A stretch of 64,000 nt of DNA from an uncultured virus (IMG/VR IMGVR_UViG_3300017782_006724) (IMGVR_UViG_3300017782_006724), one strand, 5' to 3'; positions 36,971 to 47,281 are shown, counted from the first letter of the stretch. Numbers and translations are program-made. The notes: generated from the letters alone by a model not told the origin.

Positions 36971-37249
36971 ATGAAAATGATTAATTATGTAACAAAATAT
37001 GAATACTCAGGCCGTAATGCAGTTATTTTGGCTAGTGTTGATGCAGATGCTGTAGTAACTTTTAAACAAGCAGTTCGTCAAATGAAAGTACCTGGTAAGA
37101 AGTTAAAAGGTATCAAATCTGTTGCTACTTTGGTTAGGTTTTCAAAAACTGAAAAAGAGGCAGATTCCGAAACTGGGCAAATGAAGCCAAAGCCAATTTA
37201 TTTCTCAGTGTTTGATGCAAACGAAGTTTTAAAAAGGAGTGCTGCATAA
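36971..37249 (+). CDS. Early hypothetical protein (weak resemblance to an ArdC N-terminal-like domain)
   Basis: N.VT..EYSG.N, TFKQA, F.VF. Confidence 0.6.
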   Translation: MKMINYVTKYEYSGRNAVILASVDADAVVTFKQAVRQMKVPGKKLKGIKSVATLVRFSKTEKEADSETGQMKPKPIYFSVFDANEVLKRSAA

Positions 37250-37434
37250 TGAAAAAAGCTGAACACATGATGGATTCAATGACCATGTCAAAACTTATTA
37301 ATTACCAAAATGAATATACCTCTTTGGTAAAGTTACCTAACCCAACTGATGACAATTTGGATCGAATTGGTTTACTAGAAATTATCTTTACCAAACTTGA
37401 CCAAGGTAAAATTTTAATAAGGAGTGCTGCATAA
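37249..37434 (+). CDS. Early hypothetical protein
   Basis: TAATG coupling with AAGGAG RBS. Confidence 0.65.
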   Translation: MKKAEHMMDSMTMSKLINYQNEYTSLVKLPNPTDDNLDRIGLLEIIFTKLDQGKILIRSAA

Positions 37435-37787
37435 TGACACAATTAAATTTATTTTCAAATGACTGGGGAACTAACTCAGGTTTTAAACATCTTTCGGATC
37501 AACTAAATGATCTGATACCTTTCCAAGGTAGATGTGAAAATCCAATGTCAAAAAATAAACATCTAGAAAGATTTAGAAAGGCTCAAAATTTGCTTCATGA
37601 TCTTTTTAATAATGCTCTTATGAATAGGAAATCCGAATTTAAATCTTTCTTTGGTTTTGTACCAATTAACACTTCAAGATATTCCTATCCTGTTACTGCA
37701 ACCCGTTGGGAACAAGTTGAAGAAGAAATGGAAATATTGTTTACGCCAATTATCTTGTCTGCGGCTAAAGAACAAGGACTTAAATAA
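37434..37787 (+). CDS. Early hypothetical protein
   Basis: LERFRKAQN..HDLFNN.L.NR motif; TAATG coupling. Confidence 0.7.
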   Translation: MTQLNLFSNDWGTNSGFKHLSDQLNDLIPFQGRCENPMSKNKHLERFRKAQNLLHDLFNNALMNRKSEFKSFFGFVPINTSRYSYPVTATRWEQVEEEMEILFTPIILSAAKEQGLK

Positions 37788-38326
37788 TGAGTATAATTTA
37801 TTTAGATATGGATGGAGTCATTGCAGATTTCTTTAAGGGTTTAGAATCACATTATGGTGTGAATCACTGGAAGATGCTTAGAGAAGATCAGATCCTTGGA
37901 TTAAAAGGTACCGATTTTTTCAACACTCTGCAACCATTTAAAACTTCGTATAAACTTGTAGACTTTGTAAAGGATATTGCAATACAAAATAATATGCAGT
38001 GGGGAATTAATTCATCTCCATTACGTGGTGATATGATGAATTCTACTTACTGGAAACGTAGATGGTTAGTAAAGTGGAATTGGATGCCACAAGTTAGCAA
38101 TCTGGTTTTTACTGGTAGAAAGGAAAATCATGCTGTTAATAAATTTGACGGCACACCAAATATTCTGATTGATGATAAACCAACCAATCTTACCAAATGG
38201 ATTGCCAAAGGTGGGATTGGTATTAGGTATCAGGCTAATGAGGATGATCTAGAAGAATATTTATTCCCAAAAATAAAGGAGGCTATTGAGAATGTCATTA
38301 ATGGAAGTTTTAAATATAAGGACTGA
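37787..38326 (+). CDS. HAD-family 5'(3')-deoxyribonucleotidase-like protein
   Basis: YLDMDGVIADF, ILIDD. Confidence 0.85.
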   Translation: MSIIYLDMDGVIADFFKGLESHYGVNHWKMLREDQILGLKGTDFFNTLQPFKTSYKLVDFVKDIAIQNNMQWGINSSPLRGDMMNSTYWKRRWLVKWNWMPQVSNLVFTGRKENHAVNKFDGTPNILIDDKPTNLTKWIAKGGIGIRYQANEDDLEEYLFPKIKEAIENVINGSFKYKD

Positions 38327-38528
38327 TTTTGAGAAAATTACTGAAGGTTATAGTATGCCGAAAGGTTCGGATATAAATAATGTTGAGTGGTTTATTGTGA
38401 ATGGTCATAAGTCAAATAGACTTCGTGATGGTTTTAATGATGCTATAGAATGTGCACAGAAAATCAAGGAGCTTACTTATGGCGGAAGAGGAAATAAAGA
38501 AAGCAGGTTATCATCCTGCAGATACTAA
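38286..38528 (+). CDS. Hypothetical protein
   Basis: Operonic ORF; F...GHKSNRLR. Confidence 0.55.
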   Translation: MRMSLMEVLNIRTDFEKITEGYSMPKGSDINNVEWFIVNGHKSNRLRDGFNDAIECAQKIKELTYGGRGNKESRLSSCRY

Positions 38529-38826
38529 TGGTGACGGTATTGTAACTGACGAAGAGCAGGCAATGTATTTGGAGTTTAAAAGAAAAGAAATGGAAGACGC
38601 AGACGCACAAAGAGATGCTATTAGAAAAATGGCATGGTTTGCTTTATTTGGATTATTGTTATATCCATTTGGTATTTTTATAACTTCTGCCTTTGGATTA
38701 TCCGAGGCCGCAGGATTAATTGCCAATATTGCACCAACATATTTTGCATCGATTGCAGTATTGGTTTCAGCATTTTTTGGCGCTGATGCATTAAAAGGTA
38801 AGGCTACCAAACCAAAAACAAAGTAA
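38479..38826 (+). CDS. Two-TM membrane protein with EF-hand-like loop (holin-like)
   Basis: DTNGDGIVTDEE then two TM segments; AAGGAG RBS. Confidence 0.7.
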   Translation: MAEEEIKKAGYHPADTNGDGIVTDEEQAMYLEFKRKEMEDADAQRDAIRKMAWFALFGLLLYPFGIFITSAFGLSEAAGLIANIAPTYFASIAVLVSAFFGADALKGKATKPKTK

Positions 38827-38852
38827 TATATAATTACAAAGTGAAGTGAATT

Positions 38853-39635
38853 ATGAAAAATTTGATATTTCAATACTATATTCCATATGAATCCTTTGAT
38901 GCAGATATGGGTGGAAAACAAATGCCAGAGTGGGCCCATGCCGGATCCCGCTCTGCAAAAGCATACGCTGAAGAATGTAATACACATTATGTACTTTCTC
39001 ATGATAGATTTTTCCAACATTTAGATCCCAGACTAGATTCATTACGACTGGTTTATGATCCCTTTTTTGATGACTATGATAATGTTCTTTGTCTAGATTT
39101 AGATATGCTTGTTCATGAAAATTGTCCTAATATATTTCAATTGGCCGGTAGTGAGGATATCTCAATGGTTCACGAATTAGGTCTCTTTCAGAGTACTTCT
39201 GCTGGATGGTTACAAAAGGTTATGAATGGTCCATTATGGAAACGTGGTGTCATTGCATATGGTAAAAAACTATTTGGTGATGATTGGTCATTTCCAAAAT
39301 CTGAAATGTATCCACAAGAGCCGTTTAGATATTTAAATGGTGGTTTACAAATGTGGACCAAAACCGGTAGAATAAAGGCAAGAAAACATTTTACATCGGT
39401 TGATAATTATTATATGCATACAAGATATACAGAGCAGATGTATATCAATATTCAATTATCACAATCAATGTTTAAAGTACAGGAACTGGATACATCCTGG
39501 AATAGAGTATCATCATATCAATGGCAGAATGGTAAACCAGATGGAAAAATTAACCATTTCTTAGCCAGAGCAAAATTTGATATGCCTAAATTAGAAAACA
39601 CGGAGTTGAGTAAATGGCAAGGTACCTTGAAATAG
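38853..39635 (+). CDS. Glycosyltransferase (GT-A, GT8/GT34-like)
   Basis: DLD DxD motif, LNGG, EQ..IN, WN...HF. Confidence 0.7.
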   Translation: MKNLIFQYYIPYESFDADMGGKQMPEWAHAGSRSAKAYAEECNTHYVLSHDRFFQHLDPRLDSLRLVYDPFFDDYDNVLCLDLDMLVHENCPNIFQLAGSEDISMVHELGLFQSTSAGWLQKVMNGPLWKRGVIAYGKKLFGDDWSFPKSEMYPQEPFRYLNGGLQMWTKTGRIKARKHFTSVDNYYMHTRYTEQMYINIQLSQSMFKVQELDTSWNRVSSYQWQNGKPDGKINHFLARAKFDMPKLENTELSKWQGTLK

Positions 39636-40222
39636 CAGCAAAGGGTAAACGAGGATTAAATTGGGATGGCGTAAGAGATGAACCATATCCAGATTGTATG
39701 GTTTACGATATGACAAAATTACCTATGAAAGGCGTTTCAGATAATACCTACGATGGAGTGTATAGTGAACATTTTATCGAACATCTTACCAAAGAGGAAG
39801 GAGAAAATTATCTTTCCGAAATGCTCAGAATAATGAAACCTGGTGGTATTATACGAACTGTTTGGCCACCTCACGAATTTGTTGATAAATTACTTTCAGA
39901 TGAAAAACTTACTAGTGATGAAGAATACTTTTGTGCAAATTACCATAATTTTTATGTAGTAAAGCATGGGTTTTGCCCTAAGGAACATAGAAATAAATCT
40001 ATAAGAGAACAATGTGCTCATGGATTATTGTGGCAAAATGGTGAACATAAACATGTTTGGCATAAAAAAGATTTAATGGATAAATTAAAAGAATTAGGAT
40101 ATAAAATAGTCAAAGAATATGATTATATGAAAAGCGGTTGTGCAGATTTTAGAAATATTGATACTCCAGGACAAATTAGGGCATTACATTCAGCAGTTGT
40201 CGAGGCCACAAAACCATGGTAA
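39614..40222 (+). CDS. SAM-dependent methyltransferase
   Basis: D.VYSEHFIEHL, RIMKPGG. Confidence 0.8.
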   Translation: MARYLEIAAKGKRGLNWDGVRDEPYPDCMVYDMTKLPMKGVSDNTYDGVYSEHFIEHLTKEEGENYLSEMLRIMKPGGIIRTVWPPHEFVDKLLSDEKLTSDEEYFCANYHNFYVVKHGFCPKEHRNKSIREQCAHGLLWQNGEHKHVWHKKDLMDKLKELGYKIVKEYDYMKSGCADFRNIDTPGQIRALHSAVVEATKPW

Positions 40223-40503
40223 TTGTAAGTTCATTTGATGGAAATCAGAAAAAATTTCATTCATACTGGTTACCTTTAATGTACAAACATCAGGAATGTG
40301 AATTTCATATTTCAGGTAAATTTGTACATCCTAGTGATTTAAAAAATTTGCATGTAAATAAAGTAGAACACGGCAAAGGACCAGTTTTAAAATGTCCAAT
40401 GAATATGGTCCCAACATATAAAGCAATGATTGAATTACAAAATAAGAGTCCAAAATGGATTGGCACTCCAGAGGAACTAGGAGAGAAATTTTACGAAGTA
40501 TGA
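40216..40503 (+). CDS. Hypothetical protein
   Basis: Operonic ORF. Confidence 0.55.
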   Translation: MVIVSSFDGNQKKFHSYWLPLMYKHQECEFHISGKFVHPSDLKNLHVNKVEHGKGPVLKCPMNMVPTYKAMIELQNKSPKWIGTPEELGEKFYEV

Positions 40504-41303
40504 AAAATTTAATTTATCAATATTGGTTAGGTAAACCTGGCCCGGCAGTTAAACACGGCGCTGCAAATATGAAAGCATATGCCGAAAGGATTGGTGCAGA
40601 TTATATTTTTAAGACCAACCCAATCTGGGCACAACAATACTGTGATATTGCACAATACTATAATGCATTTGAACCTATTTGGAATAATACATATCACGAG
40701 AAATATGATAATATATTATTTTCTGATACCGATGTATTTGCAGTTGATGGTTTAATAGAAAATGTCTTTGAACAAGGTGTAAAAGAAATTGGCATCTGTG
40801 ATGAACCTCATAAAGAAATATCCCATTTAACAACCAGAAGTCATATTAATACTGCTGGTGATGAAAAATGGAATAAAGTAATGAAACAAAGATTTGGTAA
40901 AGAGATGCCTAGAAATAAAGATGGCAATCTTAAAATTTATAATTCTGGCGTGGTATTATATACCAGGGAAGGTAGGGAAAAGGCTCAGAAAAACTGGGTA
41001 CCTTTTAAGGAATATATTAATGCTGTCCGTATGGGTGGATGTAATAGATTTTATACGATCGACCAAAATTATCTACATGCAATGCTAATTATTGGTGGTC
41101 ATGATTTTACAACACTTGATAATGGTTGGAATAGTTATGTGCATTATGATGGTGATTCAAACACTACGCCTAGAGCAGTAATAGATAATAGGACAGATAA
41201 AACAAAATTGGTTCATGTACAATTACGGGGTGCTGATGATCAGGATGCTGATTGGCATAATACAGTTGTAAATAAACCGGTATCGGAATGGAAGTTAAAA
41301 TGA
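40500..41303 (+). CDS. Glycosyltransferase (GT-A, paralog of 38853)
   Basis: MKNLIYQY start, DTD, YNSGV, DQNYL, WN. Confidence 0.75.
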   Translation: MKNLIYQYWLGKPGPAVKHGAANMKAYAERIGADYIFKTNPIWAQQYCDIAQYYNAFEPIWNNTYHEKYDNILFSDTDVFAVDGLIENVFEQGVKEIGICDEPHKEISHLTTRSHINTAGDEKWNKVMKQRFGKEMPRNKDGNLKIYNSGVVLYTREGREKAQKNWVPFKEYINAVRMGGCNRFYTIDQNYLHAMLIIGGHDFTTLDNGWNSYVHYDGDSNTTPRAVIDNRTDKTKLVHVQLRGADDQDADWHNTVVNKPVSEWKLK

Positions 41304-41908
41304 AACATACGTTGAGAGATTTAGAAAATATCCATGGTGGTCATCACCGTGAAATTAGTAAATCTGGTAAGAGCCATGCCGGAGGAGATAGATGTTGTGT
41401 AAACGATTATGATAAAATTTATGATCGTTATTTACCTGAAGATCCAAAGATAGTAGTTGAGGTTGGAGTTTTTACAGGAACTGGTTTAAGAGTTTTTTCA
41501 GATTATTATCCAAACGCCAGAATTATTGGATTGGATATAAGTCCAGAAACAGTAAAGGATCCTGGTAGGGCTGAGGTTCATTATTTTGATCAAACCGATC
41601 CAAAAGGTATTGATAAAATTCTTGATGGTAATAAAATAGATGTTGTTATAGATGATGGACTGCATAGAGCATTTTCTATGGTTAATACATATAATTACCT
41701 TAACAAATATTTAAATGATGGTGCAGTGTATTTTATCGAGGATATTACTGTACAAACTAAAATGAATCAATTAATTCATAATTGTGTGCAATTTCAGCCA
41801 AACCCTAACCATGGTAGAATAGCAGTTGTTACAAAACATGATAAAGGTATCAGAGAAGCTGGAATGGATTTAATTAAAAAATATAAGGCATCCGGAGATC
41901 TTAAATAA
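41300..41908 (+). CDS. SAM-dependent O-methyltransferase
   Basis: VEVGVFTG, GLDI, DQ, IDDGLH, YFIED. Confidence 0.8.
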   Translation: MKHTLRDLENIHGGHHREISKSGKSHAGGDRCCVNDYDKIYDRYLPEDPKIVVEVGVFTGTGLRVFSDYYPNARIIGLDISPETVKDPGRAEVHYFDQTDPKGIDKILDGNKIDVVIDDGLHRAFSMVNTYNYLNKYLNDGAVYFIEDITVQTKMNQLIHNCVQFQPNPNHGRIAVVTKHDKGIREAGMDLIKKYKASGDLK

Positions 41909-42588
41909 TGTTTAATGCTTATATTATTACAACCATAAATGCTTTTGATAGTAATAAAGTAAGAACCTTAACGACAAGGGCAAAACATTCATGCGAACAA
42001 TATGGAATTAAACCGTTTTTATTTGATGCCGTTGTTCCAGCAACCCTGGAAAAATATTATCCAGGCTGGCCAGTAAGAGAAGATTATAGAGAAAGGTTGC
42101 TCGGTAATTATAGAAGAAAAGCCGGTAAGGAACCTACCAAGGAAATAGAAAATAGAATGATTGTGATGCAACAATGCATGACAATGTCACATTATCAAGT
42201 TCGTAAAAAAATTATTGAAAATAACGAAACGGCCATTGTTTTAGAACACGATGCTATCGTTCAAAGGAACTTGGATTTAAATCAACCCTATGCAACAAGA
42301 TGTGTAAATCTTTGTAATAGAGAACAGGCAACCCATGGTTATGTGATTAATGCAAAATCTGCTCAAAAATATAATGATATTTATGAGAAACTCGGATTTG
42401 CTGGCCATGATAATATGAACCGATATATAAACAATTATGAAATTATAAAAATCACCCCATATATGGGTGGCAATCCAGTAGTTGGTGGAAATGCATTGCA
42501 TGAAAGCCAATGGGATACGCACAGAGGAGCTTTAAAAACTCGTTTGGATTTTGTACCGACAAGCACAACAGGAGTGTATGATGATTAA
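41908..42588 (+). CDS. GT25-like glycosyltransferase
   Basis: FDAV, C..SH, IVLEHDA, HGYVI. Confidence 0.7.
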   Translation: MFNAYIITTINAFDSNKVRTLTTRAKHSCEQYGIKPFLFDAVVPATLEKYYPGWPVREDYRERLLGNYRRKAGKEPTKEIENRMIVMQQCMTMSHYQVRKKIIENNETAIVLEHDAIVQRNLDLNQPYATRCVNLCNREQATHGYVINAKSAQKYNDIYEKLGFAGHDNMNRYINNYEIIKITPYMGGNPVVGGNALHESQWDTHRGALKTRLDFVPTSTTGVYDD

Positions 42589-43162
42589 TGCTGAACTAGG
42601 CCATGTAAAATCAATACCTGAATTTCATACTGAGATTCGGAAACAACAAGAAGAAGCACACGGCGAACATTATTGCCAAATGCATGACGCGATTAAAGAA
42701 ATGTGGGATGCTGGCAACTGTACCGAGTATATGGAACTTGGAACACACCAAGGTGGAACTGCATCGCTGGCTTTTCAATTACCAAATGTAAAAAAGATTC
42801 AATTGGTTGATATTGATATGAGCCGATATCGTAAGTTCCTATCGCCATTAGCTTATAAATGGTGTGCAGAAAATAATATTGAATTAATATTAAAGGAATT
42901 GGATTCCAGAAGTTTAGGATCTATTGGACGCTGTGATTTATTGGTAATTGATTCTGTACATAATTATGCGTTTATGGAAAAAGAATTGGAACTACATGGT
43001 CATAATGTTAGAAAATTTATTATTGCCCACGACACAGCAGAATTAATGGGTAGAAAAGATGATCAATTGCACCGTTGTTTAACTGAATATGCCGAAAAAA
43101 ATAATTGGACTGTTATGATGCAAGGTGTTGATGGTCCTGGATTTACGGTGATAGGTAAATGA
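42578..43162 (+). CDS. SAM-dependent methyltransferase
   Basis: ELGTHQG, LVIDSVH, IIAHDT. Confidence 0.75.
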   Translation: MMINAELGHVKSIPEFHTEIRKQQEEAHGEHYCQMHDAIKEMWDAGNCTEYMELGTHQGGTASLAFQLPNVKKIQLVDIDMSRYRKFLSPLAYKWCAENNIELILKELDSRSLGSIGRCDLLVIDSVHNYAFMEKELELHGHNVRKFIIAHDTAELMGRKDDQLHRCLTEYAEKNNWTVMMQGVDGPGFTVIGK

Positions 43163-43728
43163 GAACCTGGGAATATGAAAATTATGATGAATATTTAAAA
43201 CATCAAAATGCAACTACCTTAAAGAAAAACAATTGGGTATATGCACAAAAACACACAATAAAAAATATAGCAGATTATAAAGGATTTGCAGTTAAAAATA
43301 TTCTTTGTCATGGTACAAGAGCTGCAGGAGAACAAAAATATTTTGCAGAATTATACCCTAATGCATATATCATTGGTAGTGAAATATGTCAAACTGCTGA
43401 AAAATTTCCTATGACAAAACGATGGGATTTTAATAAGCCAATGGACGAATGGGTTGGTAAATTTGATATAATATACACCAATTCATTTGATCATACAATA
43501 ACACCAATGGAAACACTAGAGGTTTGGAAAAACCAATTAAATTTTACTGGTACACTATTTTTAGAATACTCTGCGAAAAAAAGTGTACATCACCCTAATG
43601 ATCCGTTAGATGCCACCGATGATGAGGTAAGACAAATGATTATAGATAATAATATGATTATTAGAGATGAAATAAATGAAGATGTAAAACATAAAGGTAG
43701 AGTTTTTATATGTGAGGTTTCAAGATGA
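43159..43728 (+). CDS. SAM-dependent methyltransferase-like protein
   Basis: LCHGTR, FDIIYTNSFDH. Confidence 0.7.
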   Translation: MRTWEYENYDEYLKHQNATTLKKNNWVYAQKHTIKNIADYKGFAVKNILCHGTRAAGEQKYFAELYPNAYIIGSEICQTAEKFPMTKRWDFNKPMDEWVGKFDIIYTNSFDHTITPMETLEVWKNQLNFTGTLFLEYSAKKSVHHPNDPLDATDDEVRQMIIDNNMIIRDEINEDVKHKGRVFICEVSR

Positions 43729-44369
43729 AAGCATTTGTAATTACAATCAAAGGGCATGATAAATCCGAGACAGCGGCTAATCGATGTATAAAGTCTGGCC
43801 TTAAAAATGGTCTTAAAATTGAAGAGTTTTATGCAGTAACACCCAAGGATAATCCTAAACAAATTTTTAAGGATAGAGGTTATCCATTAGAATATTTTAC
43901 CGAAGATTTTTCGAAGTCAGAAAATACAACCTCAACCTTTTTATCACATTTATCACTTTGGGAAAAGGCAGTAGAATTAAATGAAGATGTTGTAATATTT
44001 GAGCATGACGCTGTGGTGTTTGATAAAATTCCAACCAATGCTATCTTTAAAGGTTGTATGACATTTAGTAAACCATCATATGGTGATTACCAAACGCCTG
44101 CTCATATCGGTCCTGGACCTCTTACACAGAAACCATATTTTGGTGGCGCGCATGGATATATTGTAAGCCCAGAGGGTGCAAAAAGATTAATCGCAAAGGC
44201 TAAAACTCATGCTGGACCGGCAGACATTTATTTAAATAAAAATAATTTTCCATGGATTGAAGAATATTTTCCATGGTCTTGCGAGGCTAAAGATTCATTT
44301 AGTACCATTCAAAGGGAACGTGGATGTTTAGCAAAACATAATTATAATGAAGCCTATGAATTACTATGA
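43725..44369 (+). CDS. GT25-like glycosyltransferase
   Basis: FLSHLSLW, IFEHDA, GAHGYIVSP.GAK.L. Confidence 0.8.
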   Translation: MKAFVITIKGHDKSETAANRCIKSGLKNGLKIEEFYAVTPKDNPKQIFKDRGYPLEYFTEDFSKSENTTSTFLSHLSLWEKAVELNEDVVIFEHDAVVFDKIPTNAIFKGCMTFSKPSYGDYQTPAHIGPGPLTQKPYFGGAHGYIVSPEGAKRLIAKAKTHAGPADIYLNKNNFPWIEEYFPWSCEAKDSFSTIQRERGCLAKHNYNEAYELL

Positions 44370-45043
44370 TCACAGTCTGTTGTGTATATTGGGGAACAAA
44401 ATTTCCTATCGAATATGTTTATAATTTAAAATCTGCTGTTGAACGAAATACAACAAAGCAGCATAAATTTATAGTATTTTCTGATAGAAAAATAAAGGAC
44501 ATCGAGACAAAAATATTATTACCTGGTTATGAAGGCTGGTGGAATAAATTGCAGATGTTTAACCCTACATATGGTCTTGGTAAAAGAGCAATATATTTTG
44601 ATTTAGATACATTAATTACTGGTAACCTAGATTGGTTATTTGAATATGAAGGCAATATGATGGGCATTGAAGATGTGGGTGCTGTTAATGAGCATCAACC
44701 TCATTTAAAAAATGTTTTTCAAAGTGGTGTAATGTCTTGGAATCCATTAATGATGGGTCACATTTGGACAAAATTTAATTCATCACATATGGATAATATC
44801 AGAGGCGATGGTGAATATTTACAATCATATTTAAACCCACTACAAAGAGATTTGCTACAGCATAAATACTCAAATAAATTAAAGTCATATAAGTATCAGG
44901 TATATCCAAATAGACCAGATAAAAGGACTGCGATTGTTTGTTTTCATGGAAGACCTAGTATTATAGAAGCACAAAAAATATCTATTACTACACCTATGAC
45001 AACATATAAACCACAGAATTGGATTGCAGAGTATTGGAGATGA
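44366..45043 (+). CDS. Glycosyltransferase (GT-A)
   Basis: CVYWG.K, WWNKL..F, YFDLD, SGVM, GD, FHG.P. Confidence 0.8.
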   Translation: MITVCCVYWGTKFPIEYVYNLKSAVERNTTKQHKFIVFSDRKIKDIETKILLPGYEGWWNKLQMFNPTYGLGKRAIYFDLDTLITGNLDWLFEYEGNMMGIEDVGAVNEHQPHLKNVFQSGVMSWNPLMMGHIWTKFNSSHMDNIRGDGEYLQSYLNPLQRDLLQHKYSNKLKSYKYQVYPNRPDKRTAIVCFHGRPSIIEAQKISITTPMTTYKPQNWIAEYWR

Positions 45044-45738
45044 AAGTGAAACGTGTAGGACATATTATTGGTAATGGCGATATGGTCATGTTATTTGATG
45101 AAAAACCTAGAAAAGGTTTTAAGGTTGCTTGTAATGTAACACCCATTGAAACTAACATATACGCAACTGCGATGGTTGATTTTAAATTTATGAATGCTAT
45201 GAAAAGTGGTAGTGTTACGGTTCCTGGTAATTGGGTTTGTGGTTATAGGCCAAAAATCTGGTGTGATAATCCTAAAAATAGTATATATTATTTAAAATGG
45301 TCTAGTCAAATAAAAGAGTTTTATGTTGATTTACCAAAATACACTCTTATGAATGGTGATGGTATTGGTCAAGGATATACAAATTGGAATTGTGGCCACA
45401 TGGCAACACATTGGGCCATTAAAAGACTAAAACTTGATGAAGTCCATATGTTTGGATTTGATTCAATATTTGATTTTAATTTAAAAAGTTATTCAGATTT
45501 TATCCTAAATAGTGATAGGGAAGCAATGAATACAAATAGATTAGCAAATAATTGGCGACCTATATGGGAACATTTATTTAGGGAATTTCCACACGTAAAT
45601 TTTGTATTGCATCATCACCATGATGCCTTTAAAATAAGCGTGCCGAAAAATGTACAGGTAGAAGTTTATAAAAAGAAGGTTAAACCTATAACACAGAAAA
45701 AAGAAACAGTAGTTAATATGAAAGTGTCAGAAGCATGA
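45040..45738 (+). CDS. Sialyltransferase/Maf-like sugar-transferase-fold protein
   Basis: IIGNG, ACN, CGHMA, V.MFGFD. Confidence 0.55.
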   Translation: MKVKRVGHIIGNGDMVMLFDEKPRKGFKVACNVTPIETNIYATAMVDFKFMNAMKSGSVTVPGNWVCGYRPKIWCDNPKNSIYYLKWSSQIKEFYVDLPKYTLMNGDGIGQGYTNWNCGHMATHWAIKRLKLDEVHMFGFDSIFDFNLKSYSDFILNSDREAMNTNRLANNWRPIWEHLFREFPHVNFVLHHHHDAFKISVPKNVQVEVYKKKVKPITQKKETVVNMKVSEA

Positions 45739-46391
45739 ATTGGATAGATAAAAAAATAAAACCGGACTTTCAAATAATGTTAGATACATATAAGGACATT
45801 ATGTATAAAGCAGCAATGAAACATCCAGACAAACGAGGTGCTGATGAGGACCCAACAGATAAATGGATTGGTTTAAAATATTTAAAGGAATATCTTACGT
45901 CTGATAAGGGTGCAGGTGGTCCAAAATATTCTAGACTTTATACGCCAAGACTTAGTGAAAAGGAAGATCCTGAAACCCTTGAAAATATAATTGAATATGA
46001 TGATACATTAAGAAAAAAACTATCTGGTACGGTAGTACCTGGTATTTGGTGGGGATCTGGTGCTGCTCAATATTATCCACCAGGTGGTTATATGTCATGG
46101 CATGACAACTTTAATGCTCCCGGTTATAATATTTTATTTACGTGGTCGGAAAAGGGTGATGGTTTTTTCAGGTGGTATGATCTAAAAACAGGTAAAATAG
46201 AAACAATGCTTGATAGGCCGGGTTGGTCGGCAAAGATTGGATATTATGGTGGTGATGATGAAGAATATATTACAGATCCAGAAAATACTGTCCCACACTG
46301 TTGTAAAAATTATGATCACAGATTTACCTTTGGTTGGATGACTTATAAAAAACAATTTCAAGATCATATGTTAGAAAATATATTTGAATAA
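45735..46391 (+). CDS. 2OG-Fe(II) oxygenase-like protein
   Basis: YPPGGYMSWHDN, PHC...R.T.G. Confidence 0.65.
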   Translation: MNWIDKKIKPDFQIMLDTYKDIMYKAAMKHPDKRGADEDPTDKWIGLKYLKEYLTSDKGAGGPKYSRLYTPRLSEKEDPETLENIIEYDDTLRKKLSGTVVPGIWWGSGAAQYYPPGGYMSWHDNFNAPGYNILFTWSEKGDGFFRWYDLKTGKIETMLDRPGWSAKIGYYGGDDEEYITDPENTVPHCCKNYDHRFTFGWMTYKKQFQDHMLENIFE

Positions 46392-46398
46392 TTATTTG

Positions 46399-46427
46399 TT
46401 TACATTTGACTTATTATGTGTTATAAT
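46399..46427 (+). promoter_or_regulatory. Early promoter
   Basis: TTTACA 46399-46404, TATAAT 46422-46427. Confidence 0.75.
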
Positions 46428-46459
46428 AATATTATAATAAATTCTAAAGGAATCAAAAT

Positions 46460-46882
46460 ATGAAGTTAACACTTTTTACAATAATTTTAATATTATTAAC
46501 AACGAATGTGAATGCAGGACAACAGTCCTCTCAAGCACAAATATCTGATCACTATAAGGAAGTAATTAGACAGAACCCATATCAGGTTGAGGTCTGCAAG
46601 GAAGTAAGAACATCTGGCGATAAAACAGGTGATGCGATAATGGGTGCAATTATTGGTGGTATTATTGGTAATAACGTCACAAAGGACCTACCAGATGGAG
46701 GTACTGCTGGTGCCATTTTAGGTGGTGTGTTAGGTCATCAGAATAGCGATGCTCAGGGTGGTACAAAGGTTCAATGTCGTAGTGAAACACGTTATAATGA
46801 AACTAGACAAACAATGTATTCACACTCTATGGTAACATTTCAATATAATGGTCGCACACATACAATACGTTTTCAAAAATAA
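46460..46882 (+). CDS. Secreted glycine-zipper protein
   Basis: Signal peptide; GAIIGGIIG...GAILGGVLG. Confidence 0.8.
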   Translation: MKLTLFTIILILLTTNVNAGQQSSQAQISDHYKEVIRQNPYQVEVCKEVRTSGDKTGDAIMGAIIGGIIGNNVTKDLPDGGTAGAILGGVLGHQNSDAQGGTKVQCRSETRYNETRQTMYSHSMVTFQYNGRTHTIRFQK

Positions 46883-46950
46883 TTTAAATTAATTAAAAAA
46901 AACACTTTACATTCCTTAAAAAGTATGGTATAATAGTACTATAAAATGAA
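46882..46950 (+). promoter_or_regulatory. Early promoter cassette
   Basis: TTTACA 46906-46911, TATAAT 46929-46934. Confidence 0.9.
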
Positions 46951-46977
46951 AAATTAACCATTTGAGGAGTTTATATT

Positions 46978-47280
46978 ATGTTGGTTACAATTACTTTTAA
47001 TAACAATTACGGTGCAGTACCTTATACTGCCGCGTCTGTTAAAACACCTTTCACGGCTATCGAGGAAGTACTTAAAGCACTTAATTATGCTTTCATAAAA
47101 ACTCAGAACATTGATGAGTCTTGGTCCGAAAGTAAATGCGATGAAATCACAATCGCCCATCATCACTTTGATGGTACACCCCTTAGAAGTTCTATGGTTG
47201 GTGACGAATTCGTTGTTTGGTCTTCGAATAAAGACTTTAAAAAGTATAGGTGTGAATCACTTGGTTGGACGGAGTTATAA
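46978..47280 (+). CDS. Early hypothetical protein (YodL-like RS.MVGD motif)
   Basis: TQNID.SW...RSSMVGD; GAGGAG RBS. Confidence 0.65.
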   Translation: MLVTITFNNNYGAVPYTAASVKTPFTAIEEVLKALNYAFIKTQNIDESWSESKCDEITIAHHHFDGTPLRSSMVGDEFVVWSSNKDFKKYRCESLGWTEL

Positions 47281-47281
47281 T

